DNA of 64,000 nt from positions 120,769-184,768 of the IMG/VR virus record IMGVR_UViG_3300037067_016568; one strand, given 5' to 3'. Numbering within the stretch: the stretch's first letter is position 1; every line of letters starts with the position of its first letter. Shown here one piece after another: positions 7,046 through 16,468 of the stretch. This stretch comes from a virus. Taxonomy: Duplodnaviria > Caudoviricetes. The position numbers were made by a program, and so were the translations under genes. The notes under the pieces are model-generated. The model worked only from the letters and a program-made list of their open reading frames with translations. It was not told where the DNA came from and did no database searches.

Positions 7046-7336
7046 TTATTCTGGTGATGGCTTCTTACCAATGATAGTCTGGCCCTGATAATACCTCTTA
7101 CGTCTGTTCATAAATGCTGTCTGCCTGCAAGCGCGACCGCCTTTCTGCATCAAATGATCGATAATATCGCTAGCTTCTTTCTTCGTCAGTGTACCCCAAC
7201 TAACAGAATGTTCATTGCATACGAGTTGAATGATTTGCCCGTCGCTCATGTTCTTCGGTAGTTTCTCAAACCACGCTGTAGATCGACGCTTACTTACGAT
7301 CATATTCCTTTGTTTCTCTGTAGCCAGTTCTGCCAT
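7046..7336 (-). CDS. hypothetical protein
   Basis: 96 aa; ATEKQ...LTKKEASDIIDHL small-domain signature; AGGA upstream. Confidence 0.65.
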   Translation of the reverse strand: MAELATEKQRNMIVSKRRSTAWFEKLPKNMSDGQIIQLVCNEHSVSWGTLTKKEASDIIDHLMQKGGRACRQTAFMNRRKRYYQGQTIIGKKPSPE

Positions 7337-7364
7337 ATTGTATCCTTGAATAGTCTAAGATATT

Positions 7365-7682
7365 TTAGTTGTCTTGTCTAAACTTAATGAGCTTAGCCTT
7401 CTGTTTCTCGCACCACTCTCTGCCCTTTTGCAACATTTTTCTACCAGCATAGCTACGACGCCCGCCAAGTTCACGTGCTCTCGCTAAGTATTTATGCCAT
7501 CCACGTATAATCCGCATTTGAGCCTTCGCCTCGGCCTCTGTGTCACAGCGATGTGATGCCGTCCATCGCAAACGCTTGTTGAGATGGACAACATAAAAGC
7601 CATTACCACTGGCGAAGTCTGGGATAATGGTCAAAAATTCACCAAGGGCAGTAGGAGCACTACTCACATTGTATTTTGCCAT
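7365..7682 (-). CDS. hypothetical protein
   Basis: 105 aa; GAGGT SD upstream. Confidence 0.6.
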   Translation of the reverse strand: MAKYNVSSAPTALGEFLTIIPDFASGNGFYVVHLNKRLRWTASHRCDTEAEAKAQMRIIRGWHKYLARARELGGRRSYAGRKMLQKGREWCEKQKAKLIKFRQDN

Positions 7683-7758
7683 GACTTACCTCGAATAAAT
7701 GTCCCGATGTATTCATATAAGCAACTTTCGCCAATCTTTATTAGCTGGAGAAAACGAC

Positions 7759-8001
7759 ATGAGTAAGAAACCACTTAGTACATCTGATGAAAAATTGGTA
7801 AATTGGATTCACAATCATCACGATTCCATGACTCTCGTCGAAATGGCTGATATATTAGGCAGCCATTATGTCAGCAAAAATTACAATACATTAACGTCAT
7901 CCCATTTATCAAATTTCTGCCGTAAGGATCTCGGCCTCCGCAAGGTACGAAATTATTGGAAGCCGAATTATCAAGGCAAAAACTGGCACGCTTTCGTTTA
8001 A
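7759..8001 (+). CDS. hypothetical protein, possible HTH
   Basis: Start reassigned to the ATG at 7759 after GGAG; MTLVEMADILG is HTH-like. Confidence 0.55.
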   Translation: MSKKPLSTSDEKLVNWIHNHHDSMTLVEMADILGSHYVSKNYNTLTSSHLSNFCRKDLGLRKVRNYWKPNYQGKNWHAFV

Positions 8002-8002
8002 A

Positions 8003-8416
8003 CTATGCCGAACGTTCGGCTTCGAAATGACGTTGTTGAAGTTCCTTATATTGAGCAAGCGCCGTAAGCTTGACCTGTAGTTCAAGCATATCAATATCGT
8101 CTACAACACCAATAAGCATATTACGGCCATAAAGGTCTAAATCAACCAGGAAAGTAAAATCAACTAATGCCTTGCCATATGTAGACTCATGCTTGGCGCA
8201 ATCGTTGCGTGTGAAAATCTCTATGACACCACAACCAAAATCGATTTTATCATAGGGTATGTATCCCGGATATTGGTTGGACTGCTGCGTTTCATCACCC
8301 CAACCGCTCTCCTCAATAAGATTGCGATCGGTCTTCGACAGGACACCATTCTTCATAATGTAACTGCTCATAGCTTCTCTCTTTCTGGTGTGCGGTGTTT
8401 TATATCGTCTAGCCAT
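8003..8416 (-). CDS. hypothetical protein
   Basis: 137-aa ORF tightly packed with its neighbours. Confidence 0.55.
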   Translation of the reverse strand: MARRYKTPHTRKREAMSSYIMKNGVLSKTDRNLIEESGWGDETQQSNQYPGYIPYDKIDFGCGVIEIFTRNDCAKHESTYGKALVDFTFLVDLDLYGRNMLIGVVDDIDMLELQVKLTALAQYKELQQRHFEAERSA

Positions 8417-8417
8417 A

Positions 8418-8867
8418 TCATTTCCTACGTTTCCACCAACCCATTTCTTTCTTATTCTTACGAAGTTGCTCCTTTTGCTTAACCTGGATGCAACGACTGG
8501 ATATGTTAAAGAAAGCGTTTACTCCATTCAAGCTCGGAGCTTCCCTTTTGAAGACAAAACCCATGTGAATGGCAGCACAAATGAATTGGCCATTTGAACA
8601 GTATTTGCCAATATCCCTCTCAACTTCGTGCTTCATAGTATAACTATTTGCTTCTCTATTCGGGTTCTTTGTCCTCTTCACCCCCTTCAGCCATTCGCAG
8701 ATCTTAGTGCAGATCTTAGCAGATTCGAGCAATTCGCTCTGTTCCTCATCGAATTTCTGGTCGAAAGTCTTAGGTGCATGATACTTCGGACTGTAATATA
8801 CACCAAAGCCTTCGGAAGTCAATGTAGGCCATTCTGTAATGATGTTCTGAATATCACGCTTGTTCAC
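8418..8867 (-). CDS. hypothetical phage protein
   Basis: 149 aa; NSYTMKHEVE...YCSNGQFICAAIHMGF motif; AAGGAG SD. Confidence 0.65.
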   Translation of the reverse strand: MNKRDIQNIITEWPTLTSEGFGVYYSPKYHAPKTFDQKFDEEQSELLESAKICTKICEWLKGVKRTKNPNREANSYTMKHEVERDIGKYCSNGQFICAAIHMGFVFKREAPSLNGVNAFFNISSRCIQVKQKEQLRKNKKEMGWWKRRK

Positions 8868-8878
8868 AGCATTCTCCT

Positions 8879-9298
8879 TTATTGCAATATATGCTCACTA
8901 GGAGTCGCAGATGGTTCATTGCCCTCGCCATAGACAGCAGCAATCACAATCCGACGCAACTCGTCATATGAAAAATTGTTTTCTATTGCGTCTTTCAGGC
9001 AGCGGATTCGACGCTCATTCTCATCGATGCCCCTCTTCTGTCTATTTCTGTGCCCTTCATTGCATTTTCTAATTATTTCAGTCGTAATTTCGCCAGCTTC
9101 CAGCGCAGTTTTACCAACAAACTTTTGGGCTATTGCCTGTGGCATATGATCTAAATCTTGACCACCACGATCACGCCTTGGCATCATTCTAATACTGTAA
9201 TGATTGATCTGTAGCCACGGACGACTTCTCCGCTCTGCATCGCTCATCGGCTGCCCAGGATTCTCTCTTTTGTCTTTCTTTACCACGATAATCTCCAA
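8879..9298 (-). CDS. hypothetical protein
   Basis: 139-aa ORF, co-oriented; start uncertain. Confidence 0.5.
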   Translation of the reverse strand: MEIIVVKKDKRENPGQPMSDAERRSRPWLQINHYSIRMMPRRDRGGQDLDHMPQAIAQKFVGKTALEAGEITTEIIRKCNEGHRNRQKRGIDENERRIRCLKDAIENNFSYDELRRIVIAAVYGEGNEPSATPSEHILQ

Positions 9299-9338
9299 GT
9301 GAAAGGTAATTAAGTGAAGCCCCTCACTTAAATACGTC

Positions 9339-9683
9339 TCACTCTGGCTCTAGCTTAGTACCGTGCTCATGTATCAATTTTGCCAGTAATTTGACAGAGA
9401 TCGATGTACGTCTGGCGCTATGACCTCCAGAAGAGCTATTTATATCCACTGAATGGCTATTCTCGTCGAGAATGACATTATGTCCATCACCGACGAGAAG
9501 CTTATGGGAATATATATCCCATTGCATGCTGGCTGGTTCTTCAAACAGGTAATATAATTCAAGCTCGCCACTTGCTAAGCGTTCTTCTTTCACGATATCT
9601 CCTGTTTTCAAACAAACTATGCTTGAAGTAACGACTCGCTTACTAATGTAAACAAGTCGCCATGTCCAGTAGATTATAACCAA
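9339..9683 (-). CDS. hypothetical protein
   Basis: ORF track; start uncertain. Confidence 0.45.
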   Translation of the reverse strand: MVIIYWTWRLVYISKRVVTSSIVCLKTGDIVKEERLASGELELYYLFEEPASMQWDIYSHKLLVGDGHNVILDENSHSVDINSSSGGHSARRTSISVKLLAKLIHEHGTKLEPE

Positions 9684-9743
9684 TGCGAATATCCATGTTA
9701 TTCTTACATGTACTATCTTGTGTGGTGCTTCTGGAGTTCATGA

Positions 9744-10100
9744 CTAACATGCAGGTCTAGTGTAAAATAATTCAAGTTCGATTCTTGCAATCCAGATATC
9801 TATATCGGTTGCACACCACGACAATGTAGAAAAATTAAAATCGTGTATACCATATGGTATCTTCTCAGTGCGTGAAGCATAGTCATCATCATTACCAAAT
9901 GGCAACGGCATGGTACCATCTGCCATAGCTGCAAGCCTGCGACGTTTCGCATCCTCTACCGTTATCCTGCAGCGATGGGCGGTCCAAATGTCGACATCGC
10001 TGCCAATCAAACAACCGCCGCCTCCGCCATCGCCATATTTTTCTATTCTTGCTCGTATATGTTCGAGCACTTCTTCAATTGTCGCAGCCTTCTTTTTCAT
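9744..10100 (-). CDS. hypothetical protein
   Basis: 118-aa ORF, co-oriented. Confidence 0.55.
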   Translation of the reverse strand: MKKKAATIEEVLEHIRARIEKYGDGGGGGCLIGSDVDIWTAHRCRITVEDAKRRRLAAMADGTMPLPFGNDDDYASRTEKIPYGIHDFNFSTLSWCATDIDIWIARIELELFYTRPAC

Positions 10101-10119
10101 ATTAATCTTTCATATTCGC

Positions 10120-10662
10120 TCAAATAAGATTGAGTGGCTTCGCATCTTTACGAGCTTTTTGTGTCGGAGTAACATGCTTGACTCGCACTTCTTCTCTATC
10201 CAGCCAGAACATTGGGTCGTCCGTCGACAAAGAACCACACATCACCCGAATCGAATCGGTGATATACTTCCTCATCTGATCGACACCAACACCTTCTGGA
10301 AGAAGAATGCGAACATTAAAATCGGCAGTTAACATCGGCTCAAAGTGATGGCCACACCCGCACATCAACTCATGTCTATTGAGCCATCCGCCGCAATCCG
10401 GGCATTGCCGTCTGTGCCCGTCGTCCTTCTTGTATACGTTTATGCCGTTGACGCGCTTCCAGAAAACATTGCCGCATTCAACACATTTAGAAGCACCTGA
10501 CATGATAGTCTTCTTACACTCAGGGCAGACCTTTCGCCCCTTGCGTGTATCGACCGGTCTATCAGATGAGAATGAACTAGGGCCACAATAGCCACCAGAC
10601 CTAGCCGCATCTATTTCACGCCGCATACGAGCGCGCTGGATACCATATATCATGCCATCCAT
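10120..10662 (-). CDS. double zinc-ribbon protein
   Basis: CPEC...CVEC and CPDC...CGCG; AGGAG SD. Confidence 0.65.
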   Translation of the reverse strand: MDGMIYGIQRARMRREIDAARSGGYCGPSSFSSDRPVDTRKGRKVCPECKKTIMSGASKCVECGNVFWKRVNGINVYKKDDGHRRQCPDCGGWLNRHELMCGCGHHFEPMLTADFNVRILLPEGVGVDQMRKYITDSIRVMCGSLSTDDPMFWLDREEVRVKHVTPTQKARKDAKPLNLI

Positions 10663-10719
10663 AAGTTAGCTCCTAATCATCGTTATCAAGATGAAGCACT
10701 ATTCGTATATGCTCATAAT

Positions 10720-11433
10720 TTACTCGTCATCTAAATCATCTTCACCATCATTTCTTCCTCTGAGTCTGGCTAAGATTTCCTCTGCTTGTTCTCTTGTGAT
10801 TTCGCCGAACCCTTTCATGAGTATGCCGATGGCCTCTTCATCTACAGGGCAATTCATCGCCGCTTCGAAAATCACAAGCTCAGGGTCAGGACCTTCACAT
10901 TTGTGATTCTCGCCGGAGCATTCTGGACAGAGCGGCCATTTGCATACCGAACAGTGGACAAGATCATGGTCACCGTGGTCTCCTGGTTGGCCATCGTCGA
11001 ACACGCGATCACACTGACCGCACACATGAATATGGCCTGGACGTAGCACTTCACCACGCTCAGCAGCTTCTTTCCGCCGCTGCCTGACTCTAGTGATGTC
11101 TGGCGTTATATCGCCACCCCATTTGCTATATGACTCCTCAGGATATATAAACGACTTCAAATTGAAGCCGTCTTGGTCATGGACATTAGTGACCATGACG
11201 CTCATTTCGATATCGACCAACTCGAAATCGTCAGGATTCTCGATAGATTGGGCACATTCACCGAGGAGATCGTATTCCTGTTCGTAAGGAATCTTAGTTC
11301 TCTGAAATTCTTTGACTTGCTCTGGTGACGGTGCACGGGCTATTGCGATTCCGGGACATTTTCGCCCACCGTTGATATCTGAGACTTGGATAAGCTCGCC
11401 GGTTTTCTTGTTGCGAATCGATAGCATTTTCAA
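10720..11433 (-). CDS. hypothetical protein with a Cys/His cluster
   Basis: CGQC...CSVC...CPEC...HKC; overlaps the end of the upstream ORF. Confidence 0.6.
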   Translation of the reverse strand: MKMLSIRNKKTGELIQVSDINGGRKCPGIAIARAPSPEQVKEFQRTKIPYEQEYDLLGECAQSIENPDDFELVDIEMSVMVTNVHDQDGFNLKSFIYPEESYSKWGGDITPDITRVRQRRKEAAERGEVLRPGHIHVCGQCDRVFDDGQPGDHGDHDLVHCSVCKWPLCPECSGENHKCEGPDPELVIFEAAMNCPVDEEAIGILMKGFGEITREQAEEILARLRGRNDGEDDLDDE

Positions 11434-12478
11434 ACCTTTCTAAAATAGTAGCAACACGGTTAATAATCGGAACCTTCTTACATCTGTGCATATCGTGCCA
11501 ATGCTGCTCTGCAGAGATAATAGCATGCTGGTCTTGCAATGGTATCTCGCCGCAAGGATTGGCATTCGCAATAGCATCGGTATTCAGACAGCCCGGCTCA
11601 CAGTTAGCGGACCATCCCTTCCTCAATCTGTCGACTTTTTCTTCTTGCCCTGGCTCGATATGCAGAGCGACATAACCATCGTCAATAACATCTACGACGG
11701 AAGAAGAACGAAGAAAACCGTCTCGATTGAGAGAAAGGAAGTCAGCTAGTAGACGCTTGAAATCTTCAAGATCGTGGTGGCGTTTAGCGAAATTCACCCA
11801 CTGACAAATGAGGTGAACGTTATCTTTAGTATGGCCCTTCTTAGAGTCAATGCGATCGACGCTGATGGCGGCGAGGTCGTTGAATTTGTGCGTCATCTTG
11901 ACGCCGGTGACAGCACACTTGCCATCTTGGGCTTCATAGAGAGAGCAGAGAAAATCGAGATCTATATCGAAATCGAGTTGAGGACCGGATTTAGGATCGT
12001 GCGGTCCGGGCTTAGCTACAATAGCTCTTGTGATACTCAATAAATGAGACATCCAAGTTCGTGGTGTCTTACAAACTCGCGCTCGGTGTTTCTTCTTTCC
12101 TTCTGGCGTATGATAAAGCTTACGTGCAGATTCCCGATATTGTTCTCTGTTTGTATCTTTCCAATCTTGAATCTGCTTACGCAGCTTTTCTCGATTCTTC
12201 TTGCGATACTCTTTGAGATAAGCCTTAAAGCAAGGAACGCAAATGTTGGCTCTCGGCCTGAATTCAACTTCGGTTTCAGGCTTGCCACATTCACGACAAA
12301 CGCGAATGGATGGAGCTACACGTGGAGTGTGCTCGCCCTTACGAAGGCCACGCTTATAAGCAGCCTGACAATCTTTGCAGGTCGCACGACCCTTAGAAAA
12401 ACGTTCAAGCGGCTTGGATTGGCCACACTTTCGGCAGATCTTTGTTTCTTCCATACTTCTATTAAAATACGGAAGCAA
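11294..12478 (-). CDS. HNH-type (His-Me finger) homing endonuclease-like protein with N-terminal Zn fingers
   Basis: CRKC...CKDC and CREC...CVPC; nuclease-like segment LYEAQDGKCAVTG...SVDRIDSKKGHTKDNVHLICQWVNFAK. Confidence 0.75.
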   Translation of the reverse strand: MLPYFNRSMEETKICRKCGQSKPLERFSKGRATCKDCQAAYKRGLRKGEHTPRVAPSIRVCRECGKPETEVEFRPRANICVPCFKAYLKEYRKKNREKLRKQIQDWKDTNREQYRESARKLYHTPEGKKKHRARVCKTPRTWMSHLLSITRAIVAKPGPHDPKSGPQLDFDIDLDFLCSLYEAQDGKCAVTGVKMTHKFNDLAAISVDRIDSKKGHTKDNVHLICQWVNFAKRHHDLEDFKRLLADFLSLNRDGFLRSSSVVDVIDDGYVALHIEPGQEEKVDRLRKGWSANCEPGCLNTDAIANANPCGEIPLQDQHAIISAEQHWHDMHRCKKVPIINRVATILERFENAIDSQQENRRAYPSLRYQRWAKMSRNRNSPCTVTRASQRISEN

Positions 12479-12485
12479 ATCACTG

Positions 12486-12830
12486 TCAAGTACCTGGTCG
12501 TCGCTGTCTCAAAAATCCCAGATTGAAGTAATCGTATATGACTTGAGCTTGTGCTTTTAGCTCTTCAAATGCTCTGTCGCGATTATTTCTATAGTTGAGT
12601 TCGCCACCAAGAATAAATATATCTGCACGAACATTATCCATCAGAGTGACATCGCCAGAAGCTACATCACATATTAACTTCGAATTAGCGATGCTCCTTT
12701 GACTAACGCTAGTACCAACAGTTTTATCGTTTACTAATTCGCAAAAAGCCCAACCTTTAGCAAACGCCTCCTTTTGATCCTCTGTCATAGCTAAAAGATC
12801 AATTTTACGTTCAGGTTCATTCATGTTCAT
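12486..12830 (-). CDS. hypothetical protein
   Basis: 114 aa; GAGGT SD. Confidence 0.6.
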   Translation of the reverse strand: MNMNEPERKIDLLAMTEDQKEAFAKGWAFCELVNDKTVGTSVSQRSIANSKLICDVASGDVTLMDNVRADIFILGGELNYRNNRDRAFEELKAQAQVIYDYFNLGFLRQRRPGT

Positions 12831-12851
12831 ACCTCTGTGACTATATACGAT

Positions 12852-12885
12852 CGAGGCCAGATTTGGAATTCCAAATCTGGCCTCG
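12852..12885. terminator. 34-bp perfect palindrome downstream of the major capsid gene
   Basis: cgaggccagatttggaa|ttccaaatctggcctcg is its own reverse complement. Confidence 0.6.
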
Positions 12886-12929
12886 TGTTCTCGCGAACTT
12901 ATCCTCTCTTAGAGGGTTTGGCTCACCTC

Positions 12930-14540
12930 TTAGAGATTGCTCACTGTTACGGTGCCATAGTACAGGCCACCATCTTCAATGAGCTTTTTCCCGTATCGCG
13001 TCATAATCCCCTTGGTGGGGGTATGGCTATTCGGGTCGAGCACGGTCGGCGTCGAGAGCAGTGGGATGTACGGAGCGTAGAAGTATCCAGCATCCAGAAC
13101 GCTCGATCCCTTGAAGCCCAAGAGGATCTTGCAGTTCGGGAAGAGCGGGTCCTTGTACAACCGCAACTTACCCTGGATAGTACCGGCGTTCATGATGCCG
13201 ATATCCACGCCCTCTTGAACGAACGCATCCGAGCTACGGAAGTCGTTCAACTGCTCGAACTTGGAGCTGATGTCTGCCGAAGTGACCATCCAGTTGGCAG
13301 GGCCACGAAGTGTGGTTCTGTGGATGATATTCGCGACTTCCAGCACCTTGTAGAGCAAGGCGATGTTTCGGTCGGTGAAGTTGACCGAAGCACCGGCGGC
13401 GGTGGCGAAGTTGTGAGAGGCACGAATGGCTGCCGCGATTATCAAGTCGTTGATAATTTCACGGTCAATTTCCGCTACCATCTCATCTGCCATGAGGTCT
13501 GTCAGGGTGCTCTCAGCATCGATGTTGTGCACCGACTTGAGGTCCTGGGCGGCTTCCAGCGACCATGAGGTCTTGAGCTTACGAGTGATAGCTGCAACAC
13601 TATCACTGTCAATGCTCAAAGTAACCTCAGGCTGGAATGGGTTGGCTTCGAGGTCGTACTCGTAGTTCACACGAGCAACGGCGTCGGCTGGCAACGGAAT
13701 GCCACCGCCCATGGTGACCTGAACGGCACCAGTCGTGTGATCGAACACCGTGGCTCCGGGAGTCGTGGTGTCGACACTGATTGTGCCCATCGTGCCAGAG
13801 CAATCGCCAACAACCACGACGTCGGGGCTGCCAGACGAATCGAAGCTGACGCGAAGGCAAGGGACCGGATTGTCGCAGTTGGGGCCAGCAGCGGCGGCGT
13901 TGTCATAAACCTCAACCACGACCGTTCCGGCGAGAACAGGACGATGGGCGAGAGTCTGGGTGATGACCATGCCACCGGGCTGAATGGTCGCGTCTTCGCC
14001 GTGCACTTCTTGCGAAGAGTAGTACGGGTCCAACGCCCAGCCGTTTTGCCGTGCATAGGCTTGGCTGGTGTTTTGACGCATGATTTGGGTACCAGCAATC
14101 GTCTGGCCCTTTGTCATGGCGTACTTGTAGCGGATGTAGAAGATGAGGCTGGCAGGTTGGCTCATCGGCTGCACGCCAACGAGATTGTCAGCAATCAGCT
14201 TCGGGAAGCTCTTGCGGAGCAAAGGCAGCGCGAACCGGGTGAAGTCGGCGATATTGCCGGTCGTGGTCTGATCTTCGAGGATCAGGCTACGGCCCTGTGG
14301 GTTCATGTGCTTGTATTGGTTCTCAAAAATGGCGCTCATAATGCCCATCTTTTTGGGCTGAATTTCGCGACATTTGTTGAGGACCGGAGCCCATCGCTGA
14401 ACCATCGGGTTCCTGGCAGATTCGTATAAGACCGATGCGCGATGTGGATCAGTCGCTTCGGTAATAGCCTGCCGATTACGTGCTTCGGTCAAATGGCGAC
14501 CCTGAGGCGCACGCGCCTTATTTTGGCGAGTTGCCAACAT
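12930..14540 (-). CDS. gp23: major capsid protein, T4 gp23-like
   Basis: LIADNLVGVQPMSQPASLIFY, TRKLKTSWSLEAAQDLKSVHNIDAE, AEIDREII, GYFYAPYIPL and PTKGIMTRYG. Confidence 0.95.
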   Translation of the reverse strand: MLATRQNKARAPQGRHLTEARNRQAITEATDPHRASVLYESARNPMVQRWAPVLNKCREIQPKKMGIMSAIFENQYKHMNPQGRSLILEDQTTTGNIADFTRFALPLLRKSFPKLIADNLVGVQPMSQPASLIFYIRYKYAMTKGQTIAGTQIMRQNTSQAYARQNGWALDPYYSSQEVHGEDATIQPGGMVITQTLAHRPVLAGTVVVEVYDNAAAAGPNCDNPVPCLRVSFDSSGSPDVVVVGDCSGTMGTISVDTTTPGATVFDHTTGAVQVTMGGGIPLPADAVARVNYEYDLEANPFQPEVTLSIDSDSVAAITRKLKTSWSLEAAQDLKSVHNIDAESTLTDLMADEMVAEIDREIINDLIIAAAIRASHNFATAAGASVNFTDRNIALLYKVLEVANIIHRTTLRGPANWMVTSADISSKFEQLNDFRSSDAFVQEGVDIGIMNAGTIQGKLRLYKDPLFPNCKILLGFKGSSVLDAGYFYAPYIPLLSTPTVLDPNSHTPTKGIMTRYGKKLIEDGGLYYGTVTVSNL

Positions 14541-14598
14541 GAGTATGTTCCTTCTGTTAAATGCGTGTTCACCCCGGACTACCCGGAGATCGAGTTGT

Positions 14599-15285
14599 TC
14601 AGACTACTTCGTCCATGACACCGGCAATCTCAGCAGGATTGCGAGGCGTATTCATGGTTCCAATTGATGCCTCACGTTTCGGTGCAGATGTCGGCTCAAC
14701 ATTCTCCTTAAGAGTCCGTTGGGTAGTCCGACGAGGTGCAGCACTGCGGGAGCCATCAATTCGAGTGGTATTGCCGCTAGGCGCACCCCTACTTTCTGTG
14801 AGAGTCCGTTCTAAAGCACGATTGCGCTTCAGGACCCGCTCGGAAATTTGGATGCAACGCTTCGCCTTAGATACCGCTCTATCTCGCTCTTCTACGAGAC
14901 GCTCTGCGAGCCTTCTGAACTTGTCGATTTCGGTCTTAAGTTCGCTATTGGACTGGCCATTAAGCTCGATGCCCTCTAAGAGAGCATAAATTTTTTCGAG
15001 CTTGGCAACAGCCTCAGTTTCCTTATTGGCCGACTGTCGCATTATGAGCTCTTCGATAGTAGAGTTCTTAGCTTCCAAGAAGATCTGGAGTCGCCGAGCA
15101 AGCTCAGCCTTGTGAGCTTCCACTTCCTCGAAGCACACCTTCTTTGCTTTGGCAAGGCGTGCCTGGAATTCGTTATCCGACTGCTCTTTCAGCATGTTTG
15201 CGTGATTGTCAATGGCCTCGCATAATTCGGCGGAGACCTCTGCTGACAAACCACATTTTTGCAAAAGCTGCTTAATCTTATCCAT
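14599..15285 (-). CDS. prohead core/scaffold protein (gp22-like)
   Basis: Coiled-coil, directly upstream of the MCP gene, with LxE sites (LTES, LKEN). Confidence 0.65.
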   Translation of the reverse strand: MDKIKQLLQKCGLSAEVSAELCEAIDNHANMLKEQSDNEFQARLAKAKKVCFEEVEAHKAELARRLQIFLEAKNSTIEELIMRQSANKETEAVAKLEKIYALLEGIELNGQSNSELKTEIDKFRRLAERLVEERDRAVSKAKRCIQISERVLKRNRALERTLTESRGAPSGNTTRIDGSRSAAPRRTTQRTLKENVEPTSAPKREASIGTMNTPRNPAEIAGVMDEVV

Positions 15286-15387
15286 TAGTGTCCACTCCTA
15301 TGTCACATGGGAACTAATCGTTCTGCTAGTATTTTTGCCCAGTATAACTAATTTTATCATTCTGAAAGCCGTTTTTAGAAATGGCTC

Positions 15388-15657
15388 TTATTCGTCTTCA
15401 ATATTTTCATGGCATATTTCACCAATCAAAAGCCAATGGGTAGTTCCTTTACACATAACGCACATACCAGATGGTTCTGGTGGCTCTTTATCGCCCTGCA
15501 CAATCCGCCCGCCATTTTCAAAGCCACATTCTGAATTATCACACGCTCGTGTCCAAACATTGCCCTCAGTGAAATGGACATCTATCTCTCCGCTACCATG
15601 GCACTTAGTACAATTATTATTTATATCGCCACAGCAGATCGGGCACATAGCTTTCAT
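15388..15657 (-). CDS. small Cys-rich Zn-finger protein
   Basis: Start reassigned to MKAMCPIC; CTKCHGSG (DnaJ-type repeat), CDNSECG, CVMCKG. Confidence 0.55.
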   Translation of the reverse strand: MKAMCPICCGDINNNCTKCHGSGEIDVHFTEGNVWTRACDNSECGFENGGRIVQGDKEPPEPSGMCVMCKGTTHWLLIGEICHENIEDE

Positions 15658-15661
15658 ATAA

Positions 15662-15793
15662 TTATTTACGTTTCCGCTTCTTCTTACCCCATCTAATAAA
15701 TTTCTCTCTATCAGATGGATGCAATAAGAACGACATCCTCTTAGATGGATCTGCCTTAACCCAATGACCTTCACTAAGCATCTTTAATCGCAT
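15662..15793 (-). CDS. small basic peptide with an N-terminal MxLxxLSE motif (candidate internal head protein)
   Basis: MRLKMLSE-GHWVKADPSKRMSFLLHPSDREKFIRWGKKKRKRK, 43 aa; ATG at 15793. Confidence 0.5.
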   Translation of the reverse strand: MRLKMLSEGHWVKADPSKRMSFLLHPSDREKFIRWGKKKRKRK

Positions 15794-15832
15794 GTTATAA
15801 TTTTGTAGAAAAATAGTGAGGAGGACAGAGAC

Positions 15833-16054
15833 ATGGCAGAGCAATGCATACATCTCACAGAGTTGTTACAATGTGAAATAGAAATAATGGAGCGGCATCT
15901 TGCGCGTCACAAGTGGTTCAACTCTATCCCAAATGAGTCAGAAGGGATAGCAGATTTTGTAGAAAAATATGGCTGGCTGATGAGAGAATTATATTGTGGC
16001 TATGCGTGTCCAGACAGAGATAAATGTGATTTACCTATTAAAATAAATCAATAA
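15833..16054 (+). CDS. hypothetical protein
   Basis: 73 aa; strong GAGGAGG SD. Confidence 0.65.
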   Translation: MAEQCIHLTELLQCEIEIMERHLARHKWFNSIPNESEGIADFVEKYGWLMRELYCGYACPDRDKCDLPIKINQ

Positions 16055-16455
16055 GAAGGTGGTGGTGTATATTGGCTATAGCTGCCGCTGCCACTACCAA
16101 AAGAAATATTCGAATTTGATATCATTCGCATAGCTGCCATAATAATGCTTGATGCAGTGACACCAGACCCAGCGCCAGCCATAAAAGGACCTGTAGAAGT
16201 ATCACTCGTAAGATAACCATATACCACAAGGCATACTCCTACGGCAAGCATAGCAATACCAATAACCATAGTTCTGCTTTTATACCAAGCCTTGCTGCCA
16301 CGCATATCTTTAACGCCAGCAGCAAATCCCTTTGCCCACTCCTTGCGCTGCTTCGGATCTGCAAAGGTACACTGCCTATGAAGCTCGACAGCTTGCCAAC
16401 CTTCCCAATATTCGACCGATCTGCTAGGACTGGCTGCACTAAATAAAGAAAACAT
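16048..16455 (-). CDS. two-TM membrane protein (holin-like candidate)
   Basis: KAWYKSRT followed by two hydrophobic segments; GGAG SD. Confidence 0.55.
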   Translation of the reverse strand: MFSLFSAASPSRSVEYWEGWQAVELHRQCTFADPKQRKEWAKGFAAGVKDMRGSKAWYKSRTMVIGIAMLAVGVCLVVYGYLTSDTSTGPFMAGAGSGVTASSIIMAAMRMISNSNISFGSGSGSYSQYTPPPSY

Positions 16456-16468
16456 CGCAGGTGGCTCC

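Noticed and set aside
4857-12478. The 508-aa protein or the HNH protein as the Cas effector for the array
   Set aside because: No RuvC, HEPN or RAMP motifs are recognisable, and the HNH protein has a standard Zn-finger homing-endonuclease layout 8 kb from the array.
12837-14989. Long antisense ORFs over the MCP and scaffold genes (243, 230 and 142 aa)
   Set aside because: Shadow frames caused by GC-rich codon bias of the real genes.
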